NCBI RefSeq assembly: GCF_000315625.1
Contig: NW_005434653.1
Coordinates: 601,745-665,744, forward strand
Direction of reading: 5' to 3'
DNA from: Guillardia theta CCMP2712
Taxonomy: Eukaryota > Protista > Cryptophyta
DNA: 64,000 nucleotides
How positions within the stretch are numbered: the first letter of the stretch is position 1; each line of letters begins with the position of its first letter. This document shows, one piece after another, positions 12,521 to 26,420 of the stretch. Made by a program: the position numbers and the translations under genes. The notes under the pieces were generated by a model, which was not told the origin of the DNA, ran no database searches, and saw nothing but the letters and a program-made list of their open reading frames with translations.

Positions 12521-13211
12521 TAAAGCTGGCTCTTGCGAAGGGTCAGCAAGACGAAAAGGTGAGCATGGCGAAATGTGTACCTGAGGGAAGCGGCATGGCA
12601 ATTGGAGAACGTTTGAAGAGCGATCATGATGATGAGAAGGTTTAGAAGAAGAGATATGTAGGAGCAGATCAATGTACACAAAGGTAAACGAGTAGAATAG
12701 TTGTATGAAGGGAAAAGAGAATCATGTGAAGAGTGTTTGGAACTTGGAGCCGACTCTTTCTGGAGGAGAAAGGTTGCATTGCATCGTTCTTTCCGGTCGT
12801 CTTCCATATCTCTGTTTCATCTGCATGTAAGGCAAACACAATGTTGAATATAGTTGTGGTGAGATCAGGATAGCTCTTTCAAGTACATCATCCATGGACA
12901 GTACATGACCGATTCTGATGGTTTCTTTCAGAAGTCGAAATGTTCACTACCCTCTGGATGTGGCGTCAGGAGTATCAGCACGTGAGTTTTTCCACTTCGT
13001 TGTCTGTTCTCTCCTCACTTCTCCCTCCAGCATGAGCAGCTCCCACTTGCCTTCAACGGCACCTGGCCTTCCTGGAACTCTGACCTTGACAACCGCCCAT
13101 GGTAAGCGGCTGTTCGTCTGGTCTCCCGTATCGTAGGGATGAGACTTGTTTGATGGATGAAGTACTAGTTTATTGATTGAAGTCTTATTCTGAAACATGC
13201 TCCTCCTCTTC

Positions 13212-14544
13212 TTAAAGGTCCTCTAGTGGGCCTTGTTCTGCTCCACCATCACCTCCATGCACACCCCCGCTCCTCCTCACCTGAGTGTCGAACTCCTCGA
13301 GCATCGCCGTGTTGTGCCGGCGACTGTCGAAGCCCCACGGGATGTCGCCGGATGACTTGGGAATCTGGTTGAAGTGAGGACAAGGTAGAGAGGAGGGAGG
13401 AATTACCGGTAGATCATCCTCGACAACGTCAGCGAGCCTGATCGGCTTCTCGACTTCGACATGCTCCTCTTCAGATCCTTGCAATCGTCATCTTCTCCCG
13501 CACATGTTCCTCTTGTCTCACCGAACTTGTCCTGGTAAACGCTCATGGTCGAATCTATGGTCTGCCATATGCGCGCTAGTGGGTGCGTTAGCAGTTTGTG
13601 TGCAAAACAAACAAGCAAACCGATTTCAGTGCGAGCCGCGTACAACTGATGCATGTTCCCCTGCTCCAACGAGCTCTGAGCACCTTCGATCTTGCCCTTG
13701 AGCCTGCAGAGAACGGTGGGGTGAGGGAAACAGTGAAGGGGGAGAAAGGGAGCCGTCCTACCCTGCAAAGGCGATCTTCAGCGCCATGGTGAGACGAGCA
13801 ACATCAGCATCATCCTTGTTCTCGGCCTGACATGCAGGAAGAGGAGGAGCTGCTGCTGCTGCAAGAGGAGGAGGCTCATCTCTCCGATTGCGCTCTTCCA
13901 TCTCCTCCACAAGATGTGTCACGGAAGTCAGATCTCCGTCCTCCTCCTCCTCCTCCCGCAGTCTAGCAAGCTCATCTCCCAGGTTCCTGCCACATGCGTC
14001 AGCCTGCAGGAGGGGCTTCGCAGCACCTACAGCAGCTCGCTCGGCGACACGTCCTCAGCCTTCTCCTCCTCCATCCAGGAATGCGAACCGAACGCCCCGA
14101 GCATCTTGCATGCCGGTGAGGACTGATGGATCATCTCCTCCTCCTCACCTGGGTCTGACGTTGGCTCCAACCCACAGGTAGTACGCAGGTGTCCACACCT
14201 AGACCTCCCCCGCTCCTCTCCTCCAACCTGTGCCGGCAGTGAACCTCTCACTGCGCAGTCCGCGTGCATGCTCACGTGCTCGCAGCGACGGGCTGTTGTC
14301 TGCTCTTGATGAGGAGCCGCTGAACGAACCTATAGAGCTTCGACCCGATCCTCTCGCCCCCCTCCTCCTCCAGCAGCTTCCCTTGGAAGCTCTCCAGACA
14401 TCCCTGCGACATGTAGAGCACGCGCGTTGCCCAACCGGACATGCCATCGAGGATGTGCGTACAGTAGATGACAGTGACGCCTCTGTGAGATGTGAGCCAA
14501 GACAAGGATGGGGACGGGGAGGAGGACGGGGACGGGGTCGGGGT

Positions 14545-14580
<36 letters not shown>

Positions 14581-16279
14581 TGAGGATGAGGACCAGGACC
14601 AGGACGAGGACAAGGACAAGGACAAGGACAAGGACAAGGACAAGGACAAGGACGAGGACGAGGAGGATCTGCAGTTGTCGTCACCTCTCGACGCTCTCTG
14701 ACTTGAGAAAGGCTGCGGCAGAGGTCAGACCGTCTCCTCCAGTTGGCTCGCACCTAGAAGCGCCGCTCGCCCGAGCACGTCCAAGTCCACTGTGGCCTCG
14801 TCCAAGAGCATGACCTCGCAGGGATACGCGAGCTTCAGCGCCAGCTGCATCCTCCGCAGTTGCCCGTCTGAGATCTGGACAAGAACATGAGCGAGGAGTG
14901 AGGGAGCAGCAGAGAGTAAAGGCATGGGGGAGCGAAGGGCGTCAGGTCTGGAGGGCAGGGGCGAAGGAGTACCTCATTTGGCTTCCACGAGCTCTCGACT
15001 TGGAGGATCTTAGCGAGGCGTTGAAGGCGAGATGCGACCTGAGCGGCAGCGTCAAGTCTGTCCCCCTCCTCTCTCGGTCTTCACTGGTGACCTCCTCCGT
15101 CCTCGACCCGCAGTCTTGCAGGAGACTGCGGCAGAGCTCCTCGAAGCTCACAGACCCTCCTGCTCCGCATGTCCTCAGTGTTGATCGCCACTCCTGCGAA
15201 AGCAGCACGAGCTTCGAGCTCAGCTTCCTGTAGTCCTCGAACGCTCGGCAGCCAAGGAGGAGGACGCAGTCAGGAGGAGAGACGAGCCGTTGACCCGCCA
15301 GGATGCTCAGCAGCGTTGACTTCCCTGCCCCGTTGGCTCCTGCGAGCAAGACACGCTCCCCTTGCTTGCACGTGAAGGAAACGCGGCTGAGGATGGGAGG
15401 GCGGGATCGGTGGTAGCCCCATTCCAACTCGCTCGCCTGCATGCTGACCGGGGCATCCTCTCGTGCCATCGGAACGTCTGCCACCGCCTCCTCCTCGCTC
15501 GCAACTCCTGCCTCCTCTCCCAGCCATCTCGAGACGAGCGCAAAGAACCCAGGAGCGTCCGAGTTGGGCTGCAGCTCGGGGACATCTCGGCAGGGAAGCA
15601 TGCGAAGGAGAGAGCCGTCGGCGAGGTGGGCGAGGTGGGAGGCCCAGCCCTCGAGCCCGTCGAAGATGTGAGTGCAGTAGACAACGCACGCCCTCTTGTC
15701 CAGGCTTTCCAGCAGCAGGAAACCCAACAGGTTCCTGCGGACGATGAGGTCAAGGTCTGTGGTGGCCTCGTCGAGGAGGATGAGGCGGCTGGGGCGCATC
15801 AGCTTCATCGTCAGCTGCACCCGACGCTTCTGCCCCTCGGAGATGCTGGAGAACCTCCAGTCCTCCTCGACCCCCAGCAGAGCCTTGAGCCTCCCCATCC
15901 TCTCCCTCACCTCCTCCTGCTCCTCCTCCCTGCTGCTCGCCGCGATGTTCTCCAGTACGTCACCCACCCTCATCGACACCTTCATCACCTCCGATGCCAG
16001 CCAGTCGGAGGTGACAATACACACCTCCTCCTGCACGCTCGTCGTTCTGAACGGATCCTTGCCGTACACGAAGATCGACTGCTGCGCTGCCATCCTCCTC
16101 CCTGCGATGAGAGAGAGGAGGGTAGATTTGCCTGCTCCATTCCTTCCCACCAGCACCAGACGCGATGCCGGGGGGATGCGGAAGCTGATGTCTTTCAGGA
16201 TGTCCTCCTGCTTGTTGTAGGAGAACGACAAGCGGTTGATAACAACAGGATGGTCTTCCAACTTGAGCCCCATCCCCAA
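13212..16279 (-). CDS. Soluble twin ABC ATPase (CAF16/ABCI19-21-like) with C-terminal extension
   Basis: Two NBDs: GRNGAGKST/ISEGQKRR/LLDE/YCTHIFDG and GANGAGKST/ISDGQLRR/LLDE/YCTHILDG; no TM segments. Downstream exons (ELARLREEEEE..MALKIAFA..IPWGFDSRRHN) appear to continue to ~13220; the 3' end is less certain. Confidence 0.85.
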
Positions 16280-16683
16280 CTCAGTACTGGTGATGATTCC
16301 CCGCCAACTGCGAGAAACAAAGAAATGAGAACAAGGAGCAGGAGCGGGAAAGAAGGAAGGATGTGTATATGTCAGTGCATTTTCAATAGATTTTCTTGTT
16401 CAATGTGCCTAATCCTCCTTTTCTCCCTGCATCTCATTCTTCGTCAAGACACGCATCTCTCTCCGTCTTGTCCCTCCTCTCTCTTCTCCATCTTCCCATC
16501 ATACTCCTCCTTCCGTCTCCCTCTCCGTTCTCCCTCTCCCTCTCCGTTCTCCCTCTCCCTCTCCGTTCTCCCTCTCCCTCTCCGTTCTCCCTCTCCCTCT
16601 CCGTTCTCCCTCGGGGGTCTCCGTTCTCCCTCTCCCTCTCGGTGAACGACTCTCCCTCTCTCTCCCCGGCCTCCCTCTCCGTC

Positions 16684-16783
16684 NNNNNNNNNNNNNNNNN
16701 NNNNNNNNNNNNNNNNNNNNNNNNNNNNNNNNNNNNNNNNNNNNNNNNNNNNNNNNNNNNNNNNNNNNNNNNNNNNNNNNNNN
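16684..16783. other. Assembly gap (100 N) flanked by CTCCCT/CTCCGTT simple repeat
   Basis: N run. Confidence 1.
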
Positions 16784-17180
16784 CATTTCCCTCTCCCTCT
16801 CCCTCTCCTACTACATTCCCTGCCTCCCTGTTCTTCGAAGCATCGCGTTCGGCCCCCATTCGACTACCCCCACCCCCTCAAATTGATCATGACCCATGTG
16901 ACAGAAAGAGAAAACTATAGGACAGTACCCCATCATTGCGCACCCTACCCCCGTTTGTAACCCACCCTAAATTGCGATGATGCTGCGGCAGTCGGGTGGT
17001 GGAGGAGCAGGCAGAGAGACAACTAGGACAGGACAGGACAGGACAGGACAGGACAGGACAGGACAGGACAGGACAGGACAGGACAGGACAGGACAGGAGG
17101 GGAGGGGAGGGGAGGGGAGGGGAGAGGAGAGGAGAGGAAAAGATGCAGGCAGGTAGGCAGTAGGATCAAAATCAAAGTTA

Positions 17181-18415
17181 TTATTCTTCTTGTTTAAACT
17201 CGTTGAGAGATCCCCATGAATGCCCTACACGAACCTGAAGAGACAAATAAGTCCTCCTCGGTCCTCCATCCTCCTCCTTCCCTCCCTCTCCTGCCTCCCT
17301 CCTCTCACCCACTAACTCCCTTCTCTTCCTTGTTTACCCTCCTCGCTCCCTCCTCGTCTCGTTTACCTTGACTCGTAGAGGAGGGGAGATGTCGCAGGCG
17401 CCTCGCATGCAGTCTGAGAGCTGCTGGGCTACTGTATGTGCCGCTTCCGATCTCACTTCGACGATCACTTCATCGTGAACCTGAACGGTAGACGATCAGT
17501 GCAGGAGGTGGGGAGAGGACAGGACAGGACAGGACAGGAGGAGAGGAGGGTAAGGCCCATGTAGAGACGAGACAAGATTAACCTGCATGACAATCTTTGC
17601 CTCCTCCTCCTTGAGGTTTGCAGATAGAGCTATGAGCGCTGCTCGGAGGATGTCGCTTGCAGTTCCCTGCTGTCCGTCAGAGCAGGGGAGCAAGAGAATG
17701 CTTCTGCCTGCACGACTGTGTTCACGGCTCTTCGCTCAGCTGCTCCTCTGTCTGCCATGTTGGGGGAAGTGATGCCGGGTAGAGCTCTGCAATTTAGTCA
17801 CTCTCCTCCTCCTGCTCCTCTCCTCCTTCACTCGCTCCCTTCCTCCCTCCTGTCTCCTCCCTCCTCTTCTCTCTGCCTCCTCCTGTCTCTTTCCTCTTTC
17901 TCCCCATCATTGTGCGGACGTATCCATCTTTCCTGCATGCAGCAATAATCTCCTGGTAGACCCGAAGCCATTCGATCAGCATCAAGAGACTGCAAGAGGG
18001 GAGAGGAGGAGCATGTGAAAGGAGGAGGAGGGGGAGCAAGAAATGGATGAGGGGCAGAGAAGTTGGGAGCACGAGGAGGGGAGACCAGCAGGCACTCTTT
18101 GTAGTTCGAGTATGTGGGGAAAAGCGACAGAGAGAAAGAGATAGAGATTGACAGGAAGGAAGGAACATGAACAGGAGCAGGAGCAGGAGAAAGGTTTAGG
18201 AATAGCAACAGCAACAGCAAGAGGAGGAGGAGGAGGAGTACCATGATCCATTCGCTGGTCTTATGATAGGTTGCCTTGAAGGCTTGGAGCATCTGATTGG
18301 CTTCGGCGGTGCTGACCCCTAAAGAGATTGACGAGCATTGATGAGCAAAGAAAAGTGCGATGATGTCATGAGATGAAGGAGCAGTGGAAAGAGCGACGAG
18401 GAGGGAGGAGGAGAG

Positions 18416-18489
<74 letters not shown>

Positions 18490-19111
18490 AGATTACTGAG
18501 GTCTTGAGCAAGGGAGTTCAATCCCATGCCGTAGAGGATGCCGTAACAGACCTTCTTGGCCCTCTGACGCTCCTCCTCACTGACCTTGACACCCCCACGT
18601 GAAATTAGCGAGCAGTACAAGTGAGAAATTGAGAAGGAGGAAAGGGGAGGGGAGGGGCGGGGAGGAAGAGGAAGAGGAAGAGGAGCAGATGTTGAAGTGT
18701 AGGATGCCGAGCAGCTTCGAGTTCTTGTGTACCTTGTCTGCTGGTACCTTGAGCCACATCGCCGCCATGGCGCAGAAGACGTCGACAGCTCCTGCTTGCT
18801 GCCCATGACCCTCGAGTGCCGCTGATGGAGATGATGTAAAGGAAGAGAAAGAAATAATGATTGAGAAAAAGACATGACATGACATGACATGACATGACAT
18901 GACATGACATGACATGACATGACATGACATGACATGACATGACATGACATGACATGACATGACATGACATGACATGACATGACATGCAAAAGAACAAATG
19001 AGCACATCTATTGAGTTGAGGGAATCAGCAACAGAACAAAGACAGTATCTATAGAGGAGAAGTAATGGGAGACTACTTTTACAACGAGACTCTGAACTGA
19101 AGACGCGAGAA

Positions 19112-19168
<57 letters not shown>

Positions 19169-22100
19169 TAGAGATCGTTCTTGCACAAGTATCCTTACCT
19201 GCAAGCCTCATATCCTTCGACAAGTGAGCGATGATCCTCAACTCTAACTGAGATCCTCTTAGCTCCTCTCCTCCTCTCCTCCTCTCCTCCTCTCCTCCTC
19301 TCCTCCTCTCCTCCTCTCCTCCTCACCTGACTGAAATCAGCGCTCATCAGCACACATCCTTCCCTCGCAACGATCGCGTCTCGTGCGCTCCTCTCCCTCC
19401 TCCTCTTGGGCAGGCACTGCAGGTTGGGACTTCTGGTTGCGATCCTCCCAGTCCCGCAAGCATCCTGCACCTGCAAGCAGTGGACGGAGGAGGAAACGAC
19501 GAAGCTGTGGAGAGGGAGCAGGTGAGAGTGGAGGAGCGAGGAGACTCTCCGGTGCTCCAGGATGAGTCTAGCACACTGAGAGGCCCCTCGGGTTCCCCTC
19601 CCCTCCCCCCCCCCCCCCTTCCCCCTCCTCCTCCTTCGCCAGCTCCTCCAGGAAGGAAGAGGAGAGCGCTGCTGCGAGCTGCTTGACGTTAGTCCAGGTG
19701 CAGCCATGTGGAGGGGCCACGTGAAGGGAGCGGAAGAGAAAGTTGGCGATGGAGGTTGAGGAGCGGAGGTCGACCTCTCTGCCCTGCGCCACTGACTTCA
19801 TCTCCTCCTCCAGACTGGTCAGCTCCTCCCTCAGCTCCTTCTCCTGCCCCTTGATCTCCTCCAAGTCTACTCGCATCCCCTCCTGCCATTTTGCTCAGTC
19901 TGCTACAACTTCGCCTCGCCTCGCCTCCCCTCTCCTCTTCTCTCCTCTCCTTGATCTCACCTCTTCCATTGCCGTCAGAACCATACACGTTTTCATCTCC
20001 ATCTCGTTGAAATATTCAAACATCCCCTGCAATCTCAGCAACCTTCGCAGCTTCTTCATCTCCTGCTGTCCACGTCATCTCTCCTCCACCACCACCTCAC
20101 CCTCCTCTTCCTTCCCAAACGTTCCCCATCCTCTTCTTCTACCCGTACCTTGCCCAACGTCGCAGCCTCATAACACGCTCTCATAAATGAAGAGGAGGTG
20201 GCGGAGGAGGAGGAGGAGGTAACGGTCTTGAGTTGAGGGAGGGAGGGGCAGCCTGCCTCTCGCAGCAGGAAGGAAGCGAGCGACGGGTCTTCGACAGGTC
20301 CAAGGACGGGGAGGCGATGAGCACGGAGAGACCGGATGTTCTTCTTCGCGTCCCTCATGACTTTCTTGATCCTCCTGCTTTGCATCATCCTCCCCATCCA
20401 CTTCTTGGCCTCGCCTGCCCCCTCCTGCTCCGGTTGAAGTGGGAGGTAGAACACTTGCCCTTGCAGCCCCTCCGCTTCCTGCCTCTCCTTTCCCTTTCCT
20501 CCAGTCTCCTCCTCTCCTCCCCTCTTCTCATCCTCCTCCTCCTCCATGAAGCTGAAAGCCAATCCAGCAAGACCTCCTGACCGCCAAGATTGCTGCTTCA
20601 CTCGCAGATAATCACAGCAGACCACAAGGGTAGTCCTGAAGCTCCCTGCCTCTCTCCCCTCCTCTCCCTCCTCTTCCTCCTCCATTCCAATCTCTCGATG
20701 CTCTGCAAGTCTTCTGCAAAGTTTCTCTGCGGCTGCTTCATCCGTCAGGTCTTGGAACCACGTGCAGCCCTGCTCCTTCACCTCCATCTCCTCCTCACCA
20801 TCATCCTCCTGCTCACGATGGCACATCCTCCTTGCCTCCTCCACCAGTCGACTTGCGATCCTCCTCTCCTCCTCTCCCTCCTCCTCTCGCGTCTCTGACC
20901 GGAAGGGCATCGAAGAGCTCACCACTCTCGCCACTCGCCCGACCGCAGCAGCTCCAAGCGCCTTGAGCGAGCCGATTCCTTCCTCCACCAGCCCGCGGGC
21001 CCACCAGCTCTTCATGGAGGGGCAGCGGAGGAGGAGGAGCACGTCTGAGCTCACGCTCGCTCGCATCCTCTCCTGCAGCTCTGCCGTCAGCACCTGCAGC
21101 TGCCACCAGCGCAGGCGCGCGCAGAAGGAGGAGACGGTCCCGGCGAAGGCTGCTGCCTCCTCCTGCAGCTGCTGCACCCGCCCCCGGGGAACGTGAAACT
21201 TAAGGGCAACGTCGGGGATCTTTCGCTCGAGGAGAAGGTCGCGGAGGATGAGGGCACAGAAGAAACGTGAGTGAATTTGTAGAGCTCTCTGCCAGCAGGA
21301 GGACGAGGACGAGGACGAGGACGAGGAGGAAACTCCATGAAGCCTCGCGCGCATGAGGAAGCGTTCTTGCACGCCGACACGCTCAGCGATGCGGCGACAG
21401 GGAGGGGGGAGGGACTGGAAGATGTCGAAGAGGTGGGGCCAGGGGACGGAGAGGTCGGAGAGAGGAGAGACGAGGAAGAGGAGATGAAGGTCGTCCTCCA
21501 TCGCCAACGAGCTCATCGCCTCCTTCAGGTCCTCCTGCACCATCGCCGCGTCCTCTGGTGACATCCCGCTCCTCACCGCTGCCTTCCCCAGATGCGTGCA
21601 GAAGAAGATGACCTCCCCTGCCCTCGTCCCCTGCCGCCGGGACATGTTGGAGGCGAAGAGCCAGCGAAGAGCCTCCTGCATCATCTGACGCAAACAGACG
21701 TCCTCCTCGTCTTCCTGCTGCTGCTCCTGCTCCTGCTCCTGCTGCTGCTGCTGCTGCTCCTCCTCCTCCTCCTCGTCCTCGTTGTTGTTGGCTTGTTTTT
21801 CCTCGCGCTCCTTGTCGTCTTTTCCTTTCCTCTCCACCAAACTCTCAATCATCACCCTCCTATCCCTCGCACTCTCCTCCTGCTCCCCCGCCCGCTCTCC
21901 CGCGGCTCGATCCCTCCTCCTCTCATGAACCAGCTGGGAGTAGAGGAACGACTTTCTGAGGAACCGCATCACCTCCTCCTCCTCCCTCACCAGCTCGTTG
22001 TCCAGCGCCTCCAGGATGGCCCGACGGAGGCCGGACAGAGCAAGCGGCCTCCGCCTCCCCCACATCTCCCGATCCACCAGCCTGCTGCAAACAGGAGGCA

Positions 22101-23871
22101 GCTTCCCGGCCAGCAGCGCCCGCACACGACCTGCGTCTTTCCTCTCGCACACCACGAAGCTCTCCCCTGCTCCTCCGGCTCCTCCTCCTCTTCCCGCTCG
22201 CCCTGCCCGCCCTGCCATCTGCCGGTAGCGGTTGACGTCAAGGAAGTCGCAGCCGATGAAGGGAGAGCGGAAGATGACGCGATCGGCCGGCAGGTTCACT
22301 CCAGCTGCTAGAGTAGAAGTACACATGAGAATACTCACGTCTCCTCCTCGGAACGCGCTCTCCACCACCATCCGCTCCTCCACCGTCATCCCAGCATGAT
22401 GAAACGCAACCCCAGCACGAATCGTCTGCTGCAGCACCTGGTCCACTCCTCCTGCCGAGTTCCTCAGAGCCTCTAGCATGCTCTCCCTCTTCGCCCTCTT
22501 CCTCTTCTCCTCCTCCCCTCCCTCCTCCCCTTCCTGCCTGTCTCCCTGCAGGTTGTCCGCCACGAACTTGGCGCACATCTCAGCTGACCTCCTCGTGGAA
22601 CAGAACACAAGAGCCGTCTGTGACTGCGCGAGCGCTTCCTCGCACAGCATCACGATCCCATCCCGATCAACGTGTCTGCCTCCCTGAAGCTCCCGCACAA
22701 CCTTCCCGCCCTTGTCCTCCACCTTCAGCTCCACAACCACGTGCTCTAGGAGCGGCACAGGACGGAAGTCGCTGACGTACAGCTCCGCCTCCAGCCACAT
22801 CGCAAGCTCCTCCATGTTGGCGACCGTGGCAGACAGGCAAATGATCTGGACGGTAGAGGACAGGGAGAAGAGCACCTTCGTCAGCAGGATCTCCACCAGA
22901 CATCCCCTCCCAACGTCCCCCAGCATCTGAGCCTCGTCCACCACCACCGCCCCCAGCTCCTCCCCCTTCTTCTCCACAAGCAGCTGGTTCACGATCGAAG
23001 ACGCCTTCTCGATGGTGCAGATTGACAGCTCGACCAGGTCGGCGTGGGACCTGGTAAGGAGCTGGGCCCCGCGGCAGTAGCCCTCCACCCGGACCTCCTC
23101 CCCTTGCAGAAGCTCGCGGAAGTACTCCACCTTCTCGAGCACCAGGCTGACGTAGGGGACCACGAACAAGACTCTTCTCTTCGTCAGCAGCAGGCAGCGG
23201 ATGGTCAGGATCTCCGCTACCAGCGTCTTCCCGCCGCTGGTGGGAGCAGAGTACACCAAGTTGGTGCGACGAGACAGCGCCGAGGTGGAGACAAGACAGT
23301 GAACCTGCCACTCATACAGCTCGCGCATCCCCAGCTCCACGTAGGCCTGCCGAACTCCAGCTGGGATCTCCCACGCTCTCAGCCAGGACTGGGATAGCTC
23401 CTCGTCCTCCAGTGCAGAGCTGCTGCCGTTGGTCGAGGTAGACAGCGCCTCGTCGTTGTTCTCCTTGCCCCCCTCCTCCTTCTCCTCCCTTTTGCACCCT
23501 CCGTCTCTCCTCAGATTCAGAAGCGTAGGAGGCGACGATGCGCATATCAAGGATGAGAACCGATACTGAGAGAAGCAGTCGACACTGCTATCACTGTCCT
23601 CCTGCTCCCGGTCCGTCATAGTCTTGTCGGTCCGCTCCTCCTCTCCCTCCTGCATCTCCATCTCTTCAAACTTCGGATGCTCGAAGTCGATCTTGATGTT
23701 CAGTCGCTGACTGCTGATCGGATTCTCGTTCCTGTTCTCTCTGTCTGCTTCCTCGTTGTTCGATGCTCCGCACAGGCCCTCAGCCTCTGCGCCTGCTCGC
23801 TTCTTGCGAGGGTGGAGGGCATCTCGAGGAGAGTCTTCTGTGGGAGAGGAGCTGTGAAGTTTTCTGATCAT
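17181..23871 (-). CDS. POLQ: DNA polymerase theta (helicase + family A polymerase)
   Basis: Helicase motifs: LYEWQ, APTSGGKT, DEAQ, SAT, GVAFHHAG, TSTLAAGVNLPA, QMAGRAGRAG. PolA motifs: TGRIATRSPNLQ, SADFSQLELRIIAHLSKD, RQRAKKVCYGILYGMG, GYVRTMMGR, QVHDE, VGHSWG. Stop TAA at 17181. Confidence 0.95.
18871..18986. repeat. (GACAT)n microsatellite in a POLQ intron; (CAG)n tracts at 18418-18487 and 19114-19166 are also intronic
   Basis: Perfect tandem runs lying between PolA exons. Confidence 0.95.
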
Positions 23872-25849
23872 CAATTATTATCACTTGTTGTTGAGCTGTG
23901 AGCATTGGCCGTATGTTGCCATGATCCTACCATCTCCTCGTATTCTTGGGAGACTCATCTCTTCTTTGCTGTCTTGGGGTGAATGTATCTGTTCTCTCTG
24001 CTGTTGAGCTCTGCTTGTATTCCTTGTTACGTGTCAGCTTCTCCACTTGTCTCGATGATGACTGTCTGTGTTTGTGCTCTAGTCTTCTCTCCTTGTTCCC
24101 TTCTCCTCACATCAAGTCCCTCCCACTGGAGGTACACTTCTGATGGTCACAATGGAATTATCGGTAGGGGTATCCCTTTGTCCTCATCTTACAACGTTTC
24201 AAATTATTCTTATAGTAAAATAGCTCAACTTTATTTTAAAAAACTTATAGATACCCATGGTGAAAATAAACTTTACAACGGTACCATTCGCTTAGAGAGG
24301 CTGGGGGTTTCCCACGCCTTTTTGAACCCTACTGCTGTCAAATTCAGTTTACACGCCTTCGCACTCACTCTTGTACGTATGTTCTGTATTCGGATTTTCA
24401 GTGGCAGAGGAAGGAGAGAGAATGACAATGAAGAACGAAGATGACATGATATCGGAAGACGTGGAGTATCTCCGATCTCAGCAGATTGAGCACAAATGCA
24501 TAAACTACACTGGAATTGAGTTATCATGGTTTTCATTCGCGGACTTTAGCTCATCCCTTCGGCTTTGTGTGATTATTCAAGAAAAAAACGAGAAAGAACA
24601 CAAGAAAGAACAAGAAAGAACAAGATCTGCTCATGTCCTGGCGGTCTCCTCGCTGACTGGACGCGATTAGAAGAATCAGCAACAACCATCGGCCGCTGCC
24701 TCAAAGGGCTAGATGCTCGGTTGACCTGAAGTTTGATGATTCTTAGTTGACGTGCTCTCGATCCGGGTGCATGTATCCTTCCTCTTGCTATCATCTGCAT
24801 GCTCTCCCTCTCAGTGTCTGAAACTATTTCTTGAACGAGTTGTCGCTGCTTGCGTAGTTTGTCCAGAAAAGGAAGGGACTTTGTCTTGCGCGATCTATTC
24901 CAATAGATATCCCTTTCTCAACAGCCTGCAAGGGTCCATGCAACTCTTTTAGACATGCAAGCTTCCCTTCTGACCTTGGCCAGGGCTTCCTCACAAAATC
25001 TCTTGACTTGAAAAGGAGGCGAGAATCCTTTTCACTGCCGACCGTGTTTGCCCCAGGTCACGAATTTGATGGGGTCGACTTCAATGTTGAGTGCTATGAA
25101 AGATAGACTGAGCCTGTGCGGTGCAGGCGATCATGGCGTCGACCAGGAAAGGATCATCTGCTGTCACAACACTGTAGAGGAAGAGGAACGAGTTGTTCGA
25201 GCATGTCATCCATTAAGAATCGTGTCTCCCAGGAGTCTGGCCATGACGACCAGGTAAGATCCTGAAACGATCGCCATCTTCTCGGCGTATATACGCTGAC
25301 GTATTGACACGTTTGAACCTACGGCAGGCCATTGCCTTGCACTGTAAAAGTACTATATAAATTTGTATAACGGTAATGAATCCTTTGTACCCTTTACAAT
25401 GTGTGGTACTGATTTGAATTTGAGATACTCAGGGATGCTCTAAGAGGATCCTAGAATAAAATACATAAATTATTTTATAATACCTGATCGATACGTCATT
25501 TACTGCTTAAAAGGTACAAACTCTAAGCTATCTCAATTTACAAGTCCTAGGATGTATATGTATCTCGTAGAAATTCCAAAGAAGTCCGGTTTGGTAGCTT
25601 GGTGAAGTCCTAGATGCCTATGACCTTTGTCCTAGTCTTCCTACCACCCGCCTAGAGCCCCTTCGTCGCTCCCTAGGAACCTTCTTATAGGGTAATTTTT
25701 ATTATCAATTTTTACAATGGAGACCTAGGACCCTAGAACCTGATCTACGAAAACAAGCCTTAGATAGGTGATAGTGAGTATAGGACCGTGAGCTAGGGCC
25801 TCCTGCTATCTGAATAGAGGCCACTCGATGTCGATAAGTTGACCCACTG

Positions 25850-26420
25850 CTTGTATCCAGTACCCCAATTTTGGACATGATGTAGAGGGGTATTAATGGT
25901 TAACAAAGGGGTGATAGGATTGTTGCGTGGGGTCAACGAAGCAAAGGTACAGGGCAAACCTGATCCTTCAAGATTTCCCGGCGGGGGTGGGGTAGTCACA
26001 GGGGGTTGTTCATAGATCCATCAGAAGGTCAAGAAGGGTAGTGGTAGTGACCCATGTGGGAAGCTACCCCCCGATAACGGTCTCCTAATTGGTGGAGTGT
26101 ACTAGACAGGGTGGTCAGGGGCGCAAAACAGACCTTACGGTCAATGTCAGGGTAGGTGGTACAGAGATTTTGAGATATGCTGGGTGATCAAGAGTGAATT
26201 TTGGGGGTAGGGGTGGATGTGAACCTGATGAAAGAGGTAGATCAAGGGGATGGGGTGGTGAGGATTTGATCAAGTTTGAGGGATTAGTGGTAACTAAACT
26301 TCTAGTGGTACTGAAATATGGGGTACTGGGGGTCCTTTCAGTGTCTTGGCTGACTACTGCACCCCTCGTAGAGAAATCAGTCTCTCCGTTGCGGATCCCC
26401 CTACCCCTCCCTCACCCTCA
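25850..26420. repeat. GGGT/ACCC-rich intergenic island
   Basis: GGGGGTGGGGTAG, GGGGGTAGGGGTGG, CCCCCTACCCC and similar words. Confidence 0.5.

Noticed and set aside
24420-25280. Short ORFs upstream of POLQ
   Set aside because: Possibly genes, but no consistent exon chain or homology could be supported.
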